A DNA stretch of 64,000 bases. Source: Flavobacteriales bacterium (GTDB lineage: Bacteria > Bacteroidota > Bacteroidia > Flavobacteriales > Flavobacteriaceae). Positions 55,806 through 64,000 of the stretch are shown one piece after another. The notes below the pieces were generated by a model. That model was given only the letters and a program-made list of their open reading frames with translations. It was not told where the DNA came from and made no database searches. The translations under genes were made by a program, and so were the position numbers. The DNA lies in NCBI GenBank assembly GCA_027312065.1, contig DAICXR010000004.1:15756-79755 (forward strand), given 5' to 3'. Position 1 is the stretch's first letter, and every line of letters starts with the position of its first letter.

Positions 55806-57932
55806 TTATCTTTTTAAAGAAAAATGACCTCTTTTTTCGGTAGCAGAATCATCAATTTTTAGTATGTACCAATAATCATCAGCAGGCATCATCATTTTAT
55901 GATAGGTTCCGTCCCAACTAGGATTGTTCGCATTTATAATACCAATTAATTTTCCATAGCGATCAAAAATAGTGACCGATGCTTTTGGGTAATAGATTAA
56001 TCCATTTATTTCCCAGCGATCGTTGAAAGAGTCGTTGTTTGGAGTGAAAAACTTGGGAACAATCAAAACGATGAAATTTTCACTATCTATTCCGCAAGAA
56101 TTGATTTCTCTCACATAAGCCGTTTGTAAACCACTTGGCGCATCAAAAAACACATTGGAAGATTGGTAATTAATGCCATCAATGGAGTATTCAAAATAAG
56201 CTTCTTCTTTTTTCAAATAGATAACTACGGTAGTTTCGTTTACATCAATTCGGTCGATTTCAGGGAGATTGTGTTCGGCAACAATGATGGTTTTTCGGCT
56301 GCTACAATTGTTTTCTTTAGTCACGTCAACAGTGTAAGTCCCTCCAGTTGAAACTGTGATTTCTTGGGATGTTGCTCCTGTAGACCATAAATAGCTCATG
56401 CCGCTTAGTCCTGCGTTTAGTACTATGTTAGATCCTTTACACAAAATGAGTGTTTCATCCATAACATTGGGTTTTGGGTATACCACAACGTTTATTGCTG
56501 TTCGAGTAGCCGATTTACAGCCATTGTTTACAGCTTCGGCATAATAAGTAGTGTTTGCTGTGATTGTAGGTGTGGTAAATTGATTTCCAGTGCCTAAAAT
56601 AATAGTATCAGTTGAGGATGAGTACCAGTTTATAATTCCCACATCAGTTGTTGCAGTCAAGGTAGCTGTTCCTACACCGCATAAAGGAACTGTGGTATTA
56701 GCAACGTTTAAAGTTGGTATAACGTTGATAGTTGCTGTAACTCTTACTCTTGTAGATTCGCAGTCGGCAATTTGAGCATAATAAAATGTTGTAATTGATA
56801 ATGAAGGAGTTGTGAAGTTATTGCCAGTTGCTAATAGATTTCCTCCAGTAGCAGCATCATACCAACTTATCGTCCCTGCTGAAGCTATGGCTTGTAAAGT
56901 TACAGTACCCGTTCCACATCGAGAAGTTGGAGTTGTACTTGTAATTTGTGGAATCGTTATAGTGGTACTTGCTGAAAGTTTTAGTTCGGGGTCTCCTGGC
57001 ATTCCTCCATATTCTACAATATAGCCTTTTGGATGATAATTTCCTGGCGGATCACCATCGTTAGAAAGGTCATTCCATGCTCCAGATTTTCCGATTCCAG
57101 GTGCTGTAATATGTGCGTAGTGTTCACCATTTGGTTTAAATGATTGTATATTGTTGTTAGGTTCATTATTATTCCAATTGGCATAATTAAAAGGAGCAGT
57201 TGTTCTTCCATTGTTTTCTCCTATCCAGAAAGTTGTACCTGCTTCAGGTCCTGTTACCCATTTCCACACACCTTCCGTTTCGGCATCGCTTCCGCCAATC
57301 CATCCTGTTCCTGGTGCTTGCGCTCCAGCTAATTGAGATTCATCTTCAGCAGTTAAAGTGGCTAAGTAGCCTTGTAAGCCATAATATCTTCGGATGTCAG
57401 CCTCATATTTTGCACTTGTCCAATTGATTCCATAAGAAGGAACATATTCGTAATAATGCCCATTTCTAGGTAAATAACTAAGATTTCCAATCCCTATGCT
57501 GATAGAAAAACTTCTCGATCCAGATGGAGTGGCAGATGAATTGTAAAATTCAACGGCTTCAATTGCAGCAATAAAATCAGTATAAGGCAATAAACTGTTT
57601 GTGGGGCTGTATAGTTTTAATTTTCCTTCAGAAGGATAAAAAAAACTTGTGATTTCAGGATGTGCTGCGGTAAAAGCATCATTTAGTTGTAATTTATCTT
57701 GTCCACTAATATAACCCGAAGCAATTTGAATGAAAACAGCATCAGTGCCAGTTCCTGAAGGATCGTGGTCGATAGCTACATTTTTTGCAATTTTCACATA
57801 AGTTTGCGGACAATAGATTTCATTTCCTTCGGCAGTTATTGTTGGAGGATCAATGAGTGTTGTAGCGAAAGAATAGGATTGATTTAAAAAAAATAATACT
57901 AAGGTTAAAATATGTAAAGTTCTGTATTCCAT
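55806..57932 (-). CDS. T9SS type-B C-terminal sorting-domain cargo protein with a C-type lectin domain and tandem Ig-like repeats
   Basis: 708 aa with a signal peptide. CTLD at about aa 157-310 (WIGGSDAETEGVWKW, NWNNNEPNN, AWND). Two Ig-like repeats of about 75 aa. CTD motif FFTPNNDSFNDRWEI...YWYIL. Confidence 0.8.
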   Translation of the reverse strand: MEYRTLHILTLVLFFLNQSYSFATTLIDPPTITAEGNEIYCPQTYVKIAKNVAIDHDPSGTGTDAVFIQIASGYISGQDKLQLNDAFTAAHPEITSFFYPSEGKLKLYSPTNSLLPYTDFIAAIEAVEFYNSSATPSGSRSFSISIGIGNLSYLPRNGHYYEYVPSYGINWTSAKYEADIRRYYGLQGYLATLTAEDESQLAGAQAPGTGWIGGSDAETEGVWKWVTGPEAGTTFWIGENNGRTTAPFNYANWNNNEPNNNIQSFKPNGEHYAHITAPGIGKSGAWNDLSNDGDPPGNYHPKGYIVEYGGMPGDPELKLSASTTITIPQITSTTPTSRCGTGTVTLQAIASAGTISWYDAATGGNLLATGNNFTTPSLSITTFYYAQIADCESTRVRVTATINVIPTLNVANTTVPLCGVGTATLTATTDVGIINWYSSSTDTIILGTGNQFTTPTITANTTYYAEAVNNGCKSATRTAINVVVYPKPNVMDETLILCKGSNIVLNAGLSGMSYLWSTGATSQEITVSTGGTYTVDVTKENNCSSRKTIIVAEHNLPEIDRIDVNETTVVIYLKKEEAYFEYSIDGINYQSSNVFFDAPSGLQTAYVREINSCGIDSENFIVLIVPKFFTPNNDSFNDRWEINGLIYYPKASVTIFDRYGKLIGIINANNPSWDGTYHKMMMPADDYWYILKIDDSATEKRGHFSLKR

Positions 57933-57971
57933 ATTATAAAAGTATTATTTTTTTTGAATTGGAGCTTATTT

Positions 57972-58502
57972 TTACCAATTCATTTTTTGGAACAAATCCC
58001 AAACGACAATTCCTGCACTAACCGAAATGTTCAAAGAATGTTTGGTTCCTAACTGAGGAATTTCAATACAACCGTCACATAAGGCTACCGCTTCTTGGGC
58101 TACACCATGAACTTCGTTTCCAAAAACCAATGCATATTTTTGATTTTTTTCGACTTCAAAATTTTGAAGAAAAATAGCACTTTCTACTTGTTCGATAGCG
58201 AGTGTAATTATCCCTTCTTGCTTTAATGCTGCTATTGTATCCAGAACATTTTCGTTATGTTCCCAAGTTACCGTTTCGGTTGCTCCCAGAGCTGTTTTGT
58301 GGATTTCTTTATTGGGAGGAGTTGCGGTAATTCCGCATAAATATATTTTTTCAATCAAAAAAGCATCAGCAGTTCTAAAAACGGAACCTATATTGTGTAA
58401 ACTGCGTACATCGTCTAAAACTAAAATAAGGGGGGTCTTCTCCGATTTTTTAAAGTCGTCAATCGATTTGCGTTCTAATTCGCTATTTTCTAGTTTTCTC
58501 AT
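57972..58502 (-). CDS. TrmH/SpoU-family RNA 2'-O-methyltransferase
   Basis: Start trimmed to MRKLENSE. Motifs LHNIGSVFRTADAF, LVFGNEVHGV and SLNISVSAGIVVW. Confidence 0.85.
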   Translation of the reverse strand: MRKLENSELERKSIDDFKKSEKTPLILVLDDVRSLHNIGSVFRTADAFLIEKIYLCGITATPPNKEIHKTALGATETVTWEHNENVLDTIAALKQEGIITLAIEQVESAIFLQNFEVEKNQKYALVFGNEVHGVAQEAVALCDGCIEIPQLGTKHSLNISVSAGIVVWDLFQKMNW

Positions 58503-58586
58503 TTTAATCTGGTCATTTATTCGAATAAAAAAAGCTTCCGATTTTAGCAAAAGGAAGCTCTTAGGGTGTTGTATAATTTTAAAAAA

Positions 58587-59030
58587 TTAGCTCTTTTTAG
58601 TATCATCAGGAAGTACTGTTCCTTTGATAGTTAAAGTTTTTGTTGGTTGCCCAGCTGCATTAGAAGTTACAGTTACTGTTTTTGAAAAAGTACCTACTCT
58701 GTCAGTTGCATATTTTACACCAATTACGCCTTTAGCTCCTGGAGCAATTGGTTCTTTTGGAGTTGAAGGAACTGTGCATCCACATGAACCTACAGCATTT
58801 GTGATAATTAATGGTTTGTTTCCGTTATTTGTAAAAACAAATTCACGTTTTCCGTCAGAATTGTGAGCGATTGTTCCGTAGTCGATAGTTTCATTAACAA
58901 AAGTCATTCCTGCTCCGTTTACTTTTGCAATTTTAGTAGCCGTTGCTTTGATTTTTTTTGTTGTTTCTTGTGCTTTTGATGTAGTAATACCAAAAACAAC
59001 TAGTGCAGCAAGTAAAATTATTTTTTTCAT
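58587..59030 (-). CDS. DUF1573-like secreted protein
   Basis: 147 aa with a signal peptide. Shows FTNNGNKPLIITNAVGSCGCTVP, typical of DUF1573. Confidence 0.75.
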   Translation of the reverse strand: MKKIILLAALVVFGITTSKAQETTKKIKATATKIAKVNGAGMTFVNETIDYGTIAHNSDGKREFVFTNNGNKPLIITNAVGSCGCTVPSTPKEPIAPGAKGVIGVKYATDRVGTFSKTVTVTSNAAGQPTKTLTIKGTVLPDDTKKS

Positions 59031-59191
59031 TTTTTTGAAATTTAGTTTTATACAACAAAACTAAAGAAAAAATCATGCCAATGACTTAATTTTTCCTTAA
59101 AAATGCTTTTAATTTTTGAAGTAATAGTTATTCGATATAAAATTTTTAAATTCGCTTTCGCATTTTCTAATAAAATTAAACACGAAATAAA

Positions 59192-61798
59192 TTGGCATCT
59201 AAAGAGAAAGTAGTTAAGGAAACCCCGTTAATGAAGCAGTACAATGAGATAAAACGAAAGTATCCTGATGCTTGCTTGTTGTTTAGGGTTGGTGATTTTT
59301 ATGAAACATTTGGAGAAGACGCCATTCGGGCTTCAAAAATATTAGGAATTACATTAACAAAGCGTGGTGCGGGTTCTGAAACTGAAACTGCTTTAGCTGG
59401 TTTTCCACATCATTCTATTAATACCTATTTGCCAAAATTAGTCAAAGCAGGTCTTCGCGTAGCCATTTGCGATCAGCTGGAAGACCCTAAAATGACTAAA
59501 ACCATTGTAAAACGTGGGGTGACCGAATTAGTAACTCCAGGAGTTTCTATGAATGACGAGGTTTTACAATCTAAAACCAATAACTTTTTAGCTTCAGTTT
59601 ATTTTACTAATAAATCAATAGGGATTTCTTTCTTGGATGTTTCTACCGGTGAGTTTCTTACAGCTCAGGGAAATGTAGAGTACATTGATAAATTATTGCA
59701 GAATTTTAGTCCGTCGGAGGTTTTGATTCAAAAGAATAATAAGAATGATTTTAAGTCGAATTTTGGAGATGATTACCATTGTTTTTATCTCGAAGATTGG
59801 GTTTACAAAGAAGATTATGCTTTTGAAACCCTGACCAAACATTTCCAAACTGTTTCTTTAAAAGGTTTCGGAATTGAAGATTTGAAAGAAGGAATTATTG
59901 CTTCGGGTGCTATTTTATATTATTTATCCGAAACACAACACAACAGAGTGCAGCACATTACAGCGATTCAGCGAATTGCCGAAGATGCGTATGTTTGGAT
60001 GGATCGATTTACAATACGAAATCTCGAATTGTATCACAGTTATAATCCTAATGCAGTTACGCTTTTAGATGTTATTGATAAAACGCTTTCGCCAATGGGT
60101 GGTCGTTTATTGAAACGCTGGCTGGCATTGCCATTAAAAGATATTAAAAAAGTACAAAGCCGTCACGATGTGGTTTCTTATTTGAAAGAAAATCAGGAAG
60201 TTTTACAAAAAATACAATATCAGGTTAAGCAAATTTCCGATTTAGAACGTTTGATTTCGAAAATTGCTGCTGGAAAAGTGTCGCCTCGTGAAGTGGTTTA
60301 TTTAAAGGAATCATTAGACGCTATTATTCCAATAAAAACCTTGGCGTTGGAAAGTCCGCAAGAAGCGGTAAAAGTAATTGGAGATAGTTTGCATAGCTGT
60401 GAATTATTGCGTGAAAAAATCAAAACGACTTTAAATCAGGATGCTCCTGTGGCTATTGCCAAAGGAAATGCTATTGCCAAAGGAGTGAATGAAGAATTGG
60501 ACGAATTGAGAGCTATTTCTACGTCAGGGAAAGATTTCTTGGAAGGAATTGAAGCCAGAGAATCAGAAAGAACGGGAATCAGTTCGTTGAAAATCTCGTT
60601 TAATAATGTTTTTGGATATTATATCGAAGTTAGGAATACTCATAAAGACAAGGTTCCAACCGAATGGATTAGAAAACAAACTTTGGTTAATGCTGAGCGT
60701 TACATTACCGAAGAACTAAAAGTTTACGAAGCTAAAATTCTTGGTGCTGAGGAAAAGATTCATAAAATAGAAACAGAATTGTTCGAGCAATTAGTCGCTT
60801 GGATTGCTACTTATATTAAGCCTGTTCAGTTGAATGCTAATTTGGTGGCGCAACTGGATTGTTTGTGTTCTTTTACACAATTGGCTATCGAAAACAAATA
60901 CATTTGTCCGGAACTGGATGAAACTTTTGAATTGGATATTAAAAACGGAAGACACCCTGTTATTGAAAAACAATTGCCTGTAGGTGTTCCTTACATTGCT
61001 AATGATGTTTTTTTAGATAGAGAAACACAGCAATTAATTATGATTACGGGGCCCAACATGTCGGGTAAGTCGGCTATTTTACGCCAAACCGCTTTAATTG
61101 TACTGTTGGCTCAAATGGGAAGTTTTGTTCCCGCCGATAGCGTAAAAATGGGAGTGGTGGATAAAATATTTACCAGAGTTGGAGCGAGTGATAATATTTC
61201 GATGGGAGAATCGACTTTTATGGTCGAAATGAACGAAACTGCTTCGATCTTGAATAATATTTCCGATAGAAGTTTGGTCTTGTTGGACGAAATTGGGAGA
61301 GGAACGAGTACTTATGATGGAATTTCGATTGCATGGGCTATTGCCGAATTTTTGCATGAACATCCTTCTAAGCCTAAAACTTTGTTTGCAACACATTATC
61401 ATGAGTTGAACGAAATGAGTGAATCTTTGACCCGAATTCAGAATTATAACGTTTCTGTGAAAGAATTGAAAGATACGGTGCTTTTTATTCGAAAATTAGT
61501 TAAAGGCGGAAGTGCGCATAGTTTTGGTATTCATGTGGCAAAAATGGCAGGAATGCCTCAAATTGTGATTTTGAAAGCCCAAAAGATTTTAAAGAAATTA
61601 GAAAAAGATCATTCTAGTGATGCGCTAAACGGAATCAAATCAGAAAAAGAAGAAATGCAAATGAGTTTCTTTAATCTTGATGATCCTTTATTAGAAGAAA
61701 TAAAAGAAGAGATTTTAAACATCGATATCAATTCGGTTACTCCTGTAGAAGCTTTGATGAAATTGAATGAAATTAAAAGAATGCTGACTAGAAAATAA
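59192..61798 (+). CDS. mutS: DNA mismatch repair protein MutS
   Basis: 868 aa (TTG start uncertain). Motifs [16 protein letters not shown], Walker [21 protein letters not shown] and THYHEL. Confidence 0.95.
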   Translation: MASKEKVVKETPLMKQYNEIKRKYPDACLLFRVGDFYETFGEDAIRASKILGITLTKRGAGSETETALAGFPHHSINTYLPKLVKAGLRVAICDQLEDPKMTKTIVKRGVTELVTPGVSMNDEVLQSKTNNFLASVYFTNKSIGISFLDVSTGEFLTAQGNVEYIDKLLQNFSPSEVLIQKNNKNDFKSNFGDDYHCFYLEDWVYKEDYAFETLTKHFQTVSLKGFGIEDLKEGIIASGAILYYLSETQHNRVQHITAIQRIAEDAYVWMDRFTIRNLELYHSYNPNAVTLLDVIDKTLSPMGGRLLKRWLALPLKDIKKVQSRHDVVSYLKENQEVLQKIQYQVKQISDLERLISKIAAGKVSPREVVYLKESLDAIIPIKTLALESPQEAVKVIGDSLHSCELLREKIKTTLNQDAPVAIAKGNAIAKGVNEELDELRAISTSGKDFLEGIEARESERTGISSLKISFNNVFGYYIEVRNTHKDKVPTEWIRKQTLVNAERYITEELKVYEAKILGAEEKIHKIETELFEQLVAWIATYIKPVQLNANLVAQLDCLCSFTQLAIENKYICPELDETFELDIKNGRHPVIEKQLPVGVPYIANDVFLDRETQQLIMITGPNMSGKSAILRQTALIVLLAQMGSFVPADSVKMGVVDKIFTRVGASDNISMGESTFMVEMNETASILNNISDRSLVLLDEIGRGTSTYDGISIAWAIAEFLHEHPSKPKTLFATHYHELNEMSESLTRIQNYNVSVKELKDTVLFIRKLVKGGSAHSFGIHVAKMAGMPQIVILKAQKILKKLEKDHSSDALNGIKSEKEEMQMSFFNLDDPLLEEIKEEILNIDINSVTPVEALMKLNEIKRMLTRK

Positions 61799-61866
61799 TT
61801 TTTTATTTTTAAAGTAAAGCAAATCAAAAGCTTAGTGTAAATATTGAATTTTTTTTCAAAAAAGGC

Positions 61867-61896
61867 TTGTGTAATCGAAAAAAGGTCTTAAATTTG
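61867..61896 (+). promoter_or_regulatory. Candidate Bacteroidota promoter for the tRNA pair (TTG-N19-TAAATTTG)
   Basis: TTG at 61867-61869 and TAAATTTG at 61889-61896, about 50 nt upstream of tRNA-Gly. Confidence 0.5.
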
Positions 61897-61945
61897 CATC
61901 CGCAATACAGAACAAGTATCGCGGTTCTTTTTAACGATTGAAAAT

Positions 61946-62018
61946 GCGAAAATAGCTCAGTTGGTAGAGCGCGACCTTGCCAAGGTCGAGGTCGCGGGTT
62001 CGAGCCCCGTTTTTCGCT
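61946..62018 (+). tRNA. tRNA-Gly (anticodon GCC)
   Basis: Hand-folded cloverleaf. Acceptor GCGAAAA/TTTTCGC, D-arm GCTC-AGTTGGTA-GAGC, anticodon arm CGACC-TTGCCAA-GGTCG, T-arm GCGGG-TTCGAGC-CCCGT. No encoded CCA. Confidence 0.9.
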
Positions 62019-62032
62019 CGAAATCACATCAT

Positions 62033-62118
62033 GCTCGGATGGTGAAATTGGTAGACACGCTGGACTTAAAATCCAGTGAACAGCAATGTTCGTGCGGGTT
62101 CAAGTCCCGCTCTGAGTA
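62033..62118 (+). tRNA. tRNA-Leu (anticodon TAA), long variable arm
   Basis: Anticodon arm CTGGA-CTTAAAA-TCCAG, T-arm GCGGG-TTCAAGT-CCCGC, variable arm of about 15 nt. Acceptor GCTCGGA/TCTGAGT has two G-U pairs. Confidence 0.88.
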
Positions 62119-62123
62119 CAAAG

Positions 62124-62151
62124 AAAACCCCTTATTTTTAAGGGGTTTTTT
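62124..62151 (+). terminator. Rho-independent terminator after tRNA-Leu
   Basis: Hairpin AAAACCCCTTA-ttttt-AAGGGGTTTT followed by a T-run. Confidence 0.85.
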
Positions 62152-62294
62152 GTTTTAGATTAGTTTTTCTGGTTGTGGGGTGGTTTGATGTTTTTTTTGT
62201 AGTATTTTTTACGAAAAAATAAATACGAATTGTGTTTTTGTATATTTTTTTATGTATTTTCGTGTTAATTATAAATCATAAAAATTATAAAAAA

Positions 62295-62597
62295 ATGAAA
62301 AAAATGAAAAAAATGTTTACACGTTTGGCGGTAGCTTGTGGAGCTGCGATTATGTTGACTTCTTGTTATTCTTACACTAGTGTTGTGGGTAATGGTGGTA
62401 CTGGTAACTCAAAAGTTACTAAATGGAATCATTATGTAATTGGAGGTCTTGCGCCAGTAGGTGTTTCAGATTCTAAAGCTATGGCAGCGGGAGCAAATGA
62501 TTATACTGTATTTACTAGACATTCATTTGTGAACATGCTTGTAGGTGGTTTGACATTTGGTATTTATTCGCCAACAACAACAACTGTTACGAAATAA
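62295..62597 (+). CDS. Bor/Iss-like small lipoprotein
   Basis: Start trimmed to MKKMKKMFTRLAVACGAAIMLTSC (lipobox). The C-terminal FVNMLVGGLTFGIYSPTTTTV resembles the Bor-family FVNGLLGFITLGIYTP motif. Confidence 0.6.
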   Translation: MKKMKKMFTRLAVACGAAIMLTSCYSYTSVVGNGGTGNSKVTKWNHYVIGGLAPVGVSDSKAMAAGANDYTVFTRHSFVNMLVGGLTFGIYSPTTTTVTK

Positions 62598-62620
62598 AAA
62601 AAAATAGATTTGTTTAAGTG

Positions 62621-62650
62621 AAAAGGTTGTTCTGTGAACGACCTTTTTTT
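62621..62650 (+). terminator. Rho-independent terminator
   Basis: Hairpin AAAGGTTGTT-ctgtg-AACGACCTTT followed by T-run. Confidence 0.75.
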
Positions 62651-62673
62651 ATTAAGAGAGAAATAGAATAGAA

Positions 62674-63021
62674 ATGGGAACTTTTGTTATTAGTAAAAGA
62701 TTTAGCGGAGATTATAAGTTTGAGTTTACTTCTAGAAAAGGAAAAACCATTTTTACGAGCAATGCTTACGAACTAAGGATGGATTGCGAGGCTGATGCTG
62801 AGTACTTGCGATCGGTTTTAGAAAGTTGTTCGTTTGTTAAATTTAAAACCTCAAAGGGGAAGTTTTTCTTTAGAGTGGTAGTTGATGGTAGAGTTGTGGC
62901 GGTAAGTCGAAAATACAGCACGGAATTGATGGTTCAGAAAGGAATTGATGAAATAGTAAAATATGGTTCGAAAGCAGAGATATTGGATTTTGCTAACAAT
63001 GATTTTGAGTTTATAGATTAA
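62674..63021 (+). CDS. YegP/DUF1508-family protein (two repeats)
   Basis: 115 aa with two modules: GDYKFEFTSRKGKTIFTSNAYE and GKFFFRVVVDGRVVAVSRKYS. Confidence 0.7.
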   Translation: MGTFVISKRFSGDYKFEFTSRKGKTIFTSNAYELRMDCEADAEYLRSVLESCSFVKFKTSKGKFFFRVVVDGRVVAVSRKYSTELMVQKGIDEIVKYGSKAEILDFANNDFEFID

Positions 63022-63072
63022 ACTCGGTTGGTTTGGATGGATAGGAATCTCTGTTTATTTGAGTGTATTCCG

Positions 63073-63110
63073 AAAAAAAAGCCGTCACAATGTGAACGGC
63101 TTATTTTTTT
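63073..63110. terminator. Bidirectional rho-independent terminator
   Basis: A8, hairpin GCCGTCACA-at-GTGAACGGC, then TTATTTTTTT. Confidence 0.75.
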
Positions 63111-63124
63111 ACTGTAATTTAAAA

Positions 63125-63325
63125 TTACTCAGCAGCAGGTGCTTCAGCAGCTGGAGCAGCAGCAGAATCAACAGCAACAGCAGCAGTATCAGCTACAACA
63201 GCAGCAGAATCAACAGCTACAGCAGTAGTGTCAGCAGCAACTTCTTCTACAGGAGCTTCAGCTTTTTTACAAGATACAACAGTTAAAACAGCAACTACAG
63301 CTAAACTTAAAAATACTTTTTTCAT
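63125..63325 (-). CDS. Small Ala-rich repetitive lipoprotein
   Basis: 66 aa with lipobox VLTVVSC-KK, followed by repeats AADTTAVAVDSAA / VADTAAVAVDSAA. I prefer this over the antisense Ser-rich ORF because of the signal peptide and the terminator placement. Confidence 0.5.
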   Translation of the reverse strand: MKKVFLSLAVVAVLTVVSCKKAEAPVEEVAADTTAVAVDSAAVVADTAAVAVDSAAAPAAEAPAAE

Positions 63326-63743
63326 CTTACTTTATTATAAAAGGTTAATTATTAATTCGAGGCAAAGATATAAAATTTTTGATATGTAAAATATTTTTTC
63401 ATTTTTTTTTTAAAATATTATTCGATTATATTTTCTGACCAAAAGTTTGATTTTTGTAACTAAAATAGTATTAGGGTATAATAACTCCTTTTTTGATGGA
63501 TTTGAAATCCTGCTTTTTTTGGTTGATTTTTTAATGAATTGATTACAAGTGCATTGTGTGGTTCGTGTTTGGATTAGTTGAATTATTTATGAATTGTGAA
63601 ATCTGTAAGTTGATTTTTTGCGAATACAATTTTTTTAAACTAGGATTTTTACGATTTAGTTATTCTGCTTTTTTTTAGCGTTGAATATCGAAAACAGGAA
63701 ATTTAAACGAATTAAAAGGCGTTTTTTTTTAATTGACTTGTAA

Positions 63744-64000
63744 TTATTGTTGTTGGATTTTTTCTAAAATTAAAGCTGTTGCTCCTTTATTTTTGTTTAC
63801 AAAGTCGCTACAAATACCTCCTTTTTTCTTACGAATTATTTCGTCTGTAATTAATGTTTCAAAAGCATCGGTTAGTTCTTTGCTGTTTGCTATACTAATG
63901 CAACCTTTTAGATTGACTAAATCAGTAGCTTCGGCAAAATGAGAAAAATTAGGTCCAATAATTATTGGAACACCAAAAGTGGCTGGTTCTAATATATTAT
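63744..64000 (-). CDS. waaA: 3-deoxy-D-manno-octulosonic acid transferase, C-terminal part (gene continues beyond the window)
   Basis: Not in the ORF track because the start lies outside the window. The minus-strand translation NILEPATFGVPIIIGPNFSHFAEATDLVNLKGC...ILEKIQQQ* matches the KdtA C-terminal pattern HN.LEPA..G.P...GP....F. Confidence 0.75.
   Translation of the reverse strand, partial: NILEPATFGVPIIIGPNFSHFAEATDLVNLKGCISIANSKELTDAFETLITDEIIRKKKGGICSDFVNKNKGATALILEKIQQQ

Noticed and set aside
56480-56950. Repeated DNA segments that might suggest a repeat array or CRISPR.
   Set aside because: They are two in-frame Ig-like domain repeats inside the T9SS cargo gene. No spacer-repeat architecture exists anywhere in the window.
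61824-62158. ORFs of 67 aa (-) and 65 aa (+) overlapping the tRNA genes.
   Set aside because: The region folds into two complete tRNA cloverleaves, so the ORFs are incidental.
63059-63286. 75-aa + strand Ser-rich ORF opposite the Ala-rich lipoprotein.
   Set aside because: It starts inside a terminator hairpin, has no signal peptide, and its product is pure low-complexity sequence. I cannot exclude it completely.

Overview
This 64 kb window looks like a chromosomal segment of a low-GC Bacteroidota genome, most likely a Flavobacterium-type Flavobacteriaceae. Three things support that: type IX secretion components (a PorP/SprF-family protein and a type-B CTD cargo); the conserved block CBS-nadK-DUF6089-uppS-bamA-ompH-ompH-murI; and TTG...TAnnTTTG promoter motifs. 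I call about 57 protein-coding genes, 2 tRNAs (Gly-GCC, Leu-UAA) and many hairpin terminators. I found no rRNA, CRISPR array, integrase/transposase or recognisable defence system.

Housekeeping genes include tsaB, an Nfu/NifU protein, murI, bamA, uppS, nadK, pdxJ, tig-clpP-clpX, serB, sppA, a folK-deoxynucleoside kinase fusion, mutS and the 3' end of waaA/kdtA.

The main accessory feature is a copper-homeostasis island of about 9 kb (about 25.45-34.33 kb), all on the + strand. It contains, in order:
- a Cys-rich small gene;
- two secreted HMA-domain proteins;
- an outer-membrane barrel;
- a DUF3347 lipoprotein;
- an AraC regulator with an HMA-like CxxC sensor domain;
- a long structured leader;
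- a CopA P1B-ATPase;
- a multicopper oxidase carrying a probable CopB-like barrel extension.

Two genes in this island are each split by a single in-frame TAA. In both cases the stop separates the signal-peptide-bearing N-terminus from the body of the protein.

Other points worth a second look:
- a 219 bp in-frame tandem duplication in an OmpH/Skp paralog;
- a LytS/LytTR two-component operon co-encoded with lipoproteins and a barrel;
- three tandem GH43 modules;
- a T9SS cargo protein with a canonical EPN/WND C-type lectin domain;
- a divergent GH3/DUF2797 gene pair;
- an SRPBCC/VOC four-gene cluster.

All family assignments come from reading motifs by eye. No database search was run.
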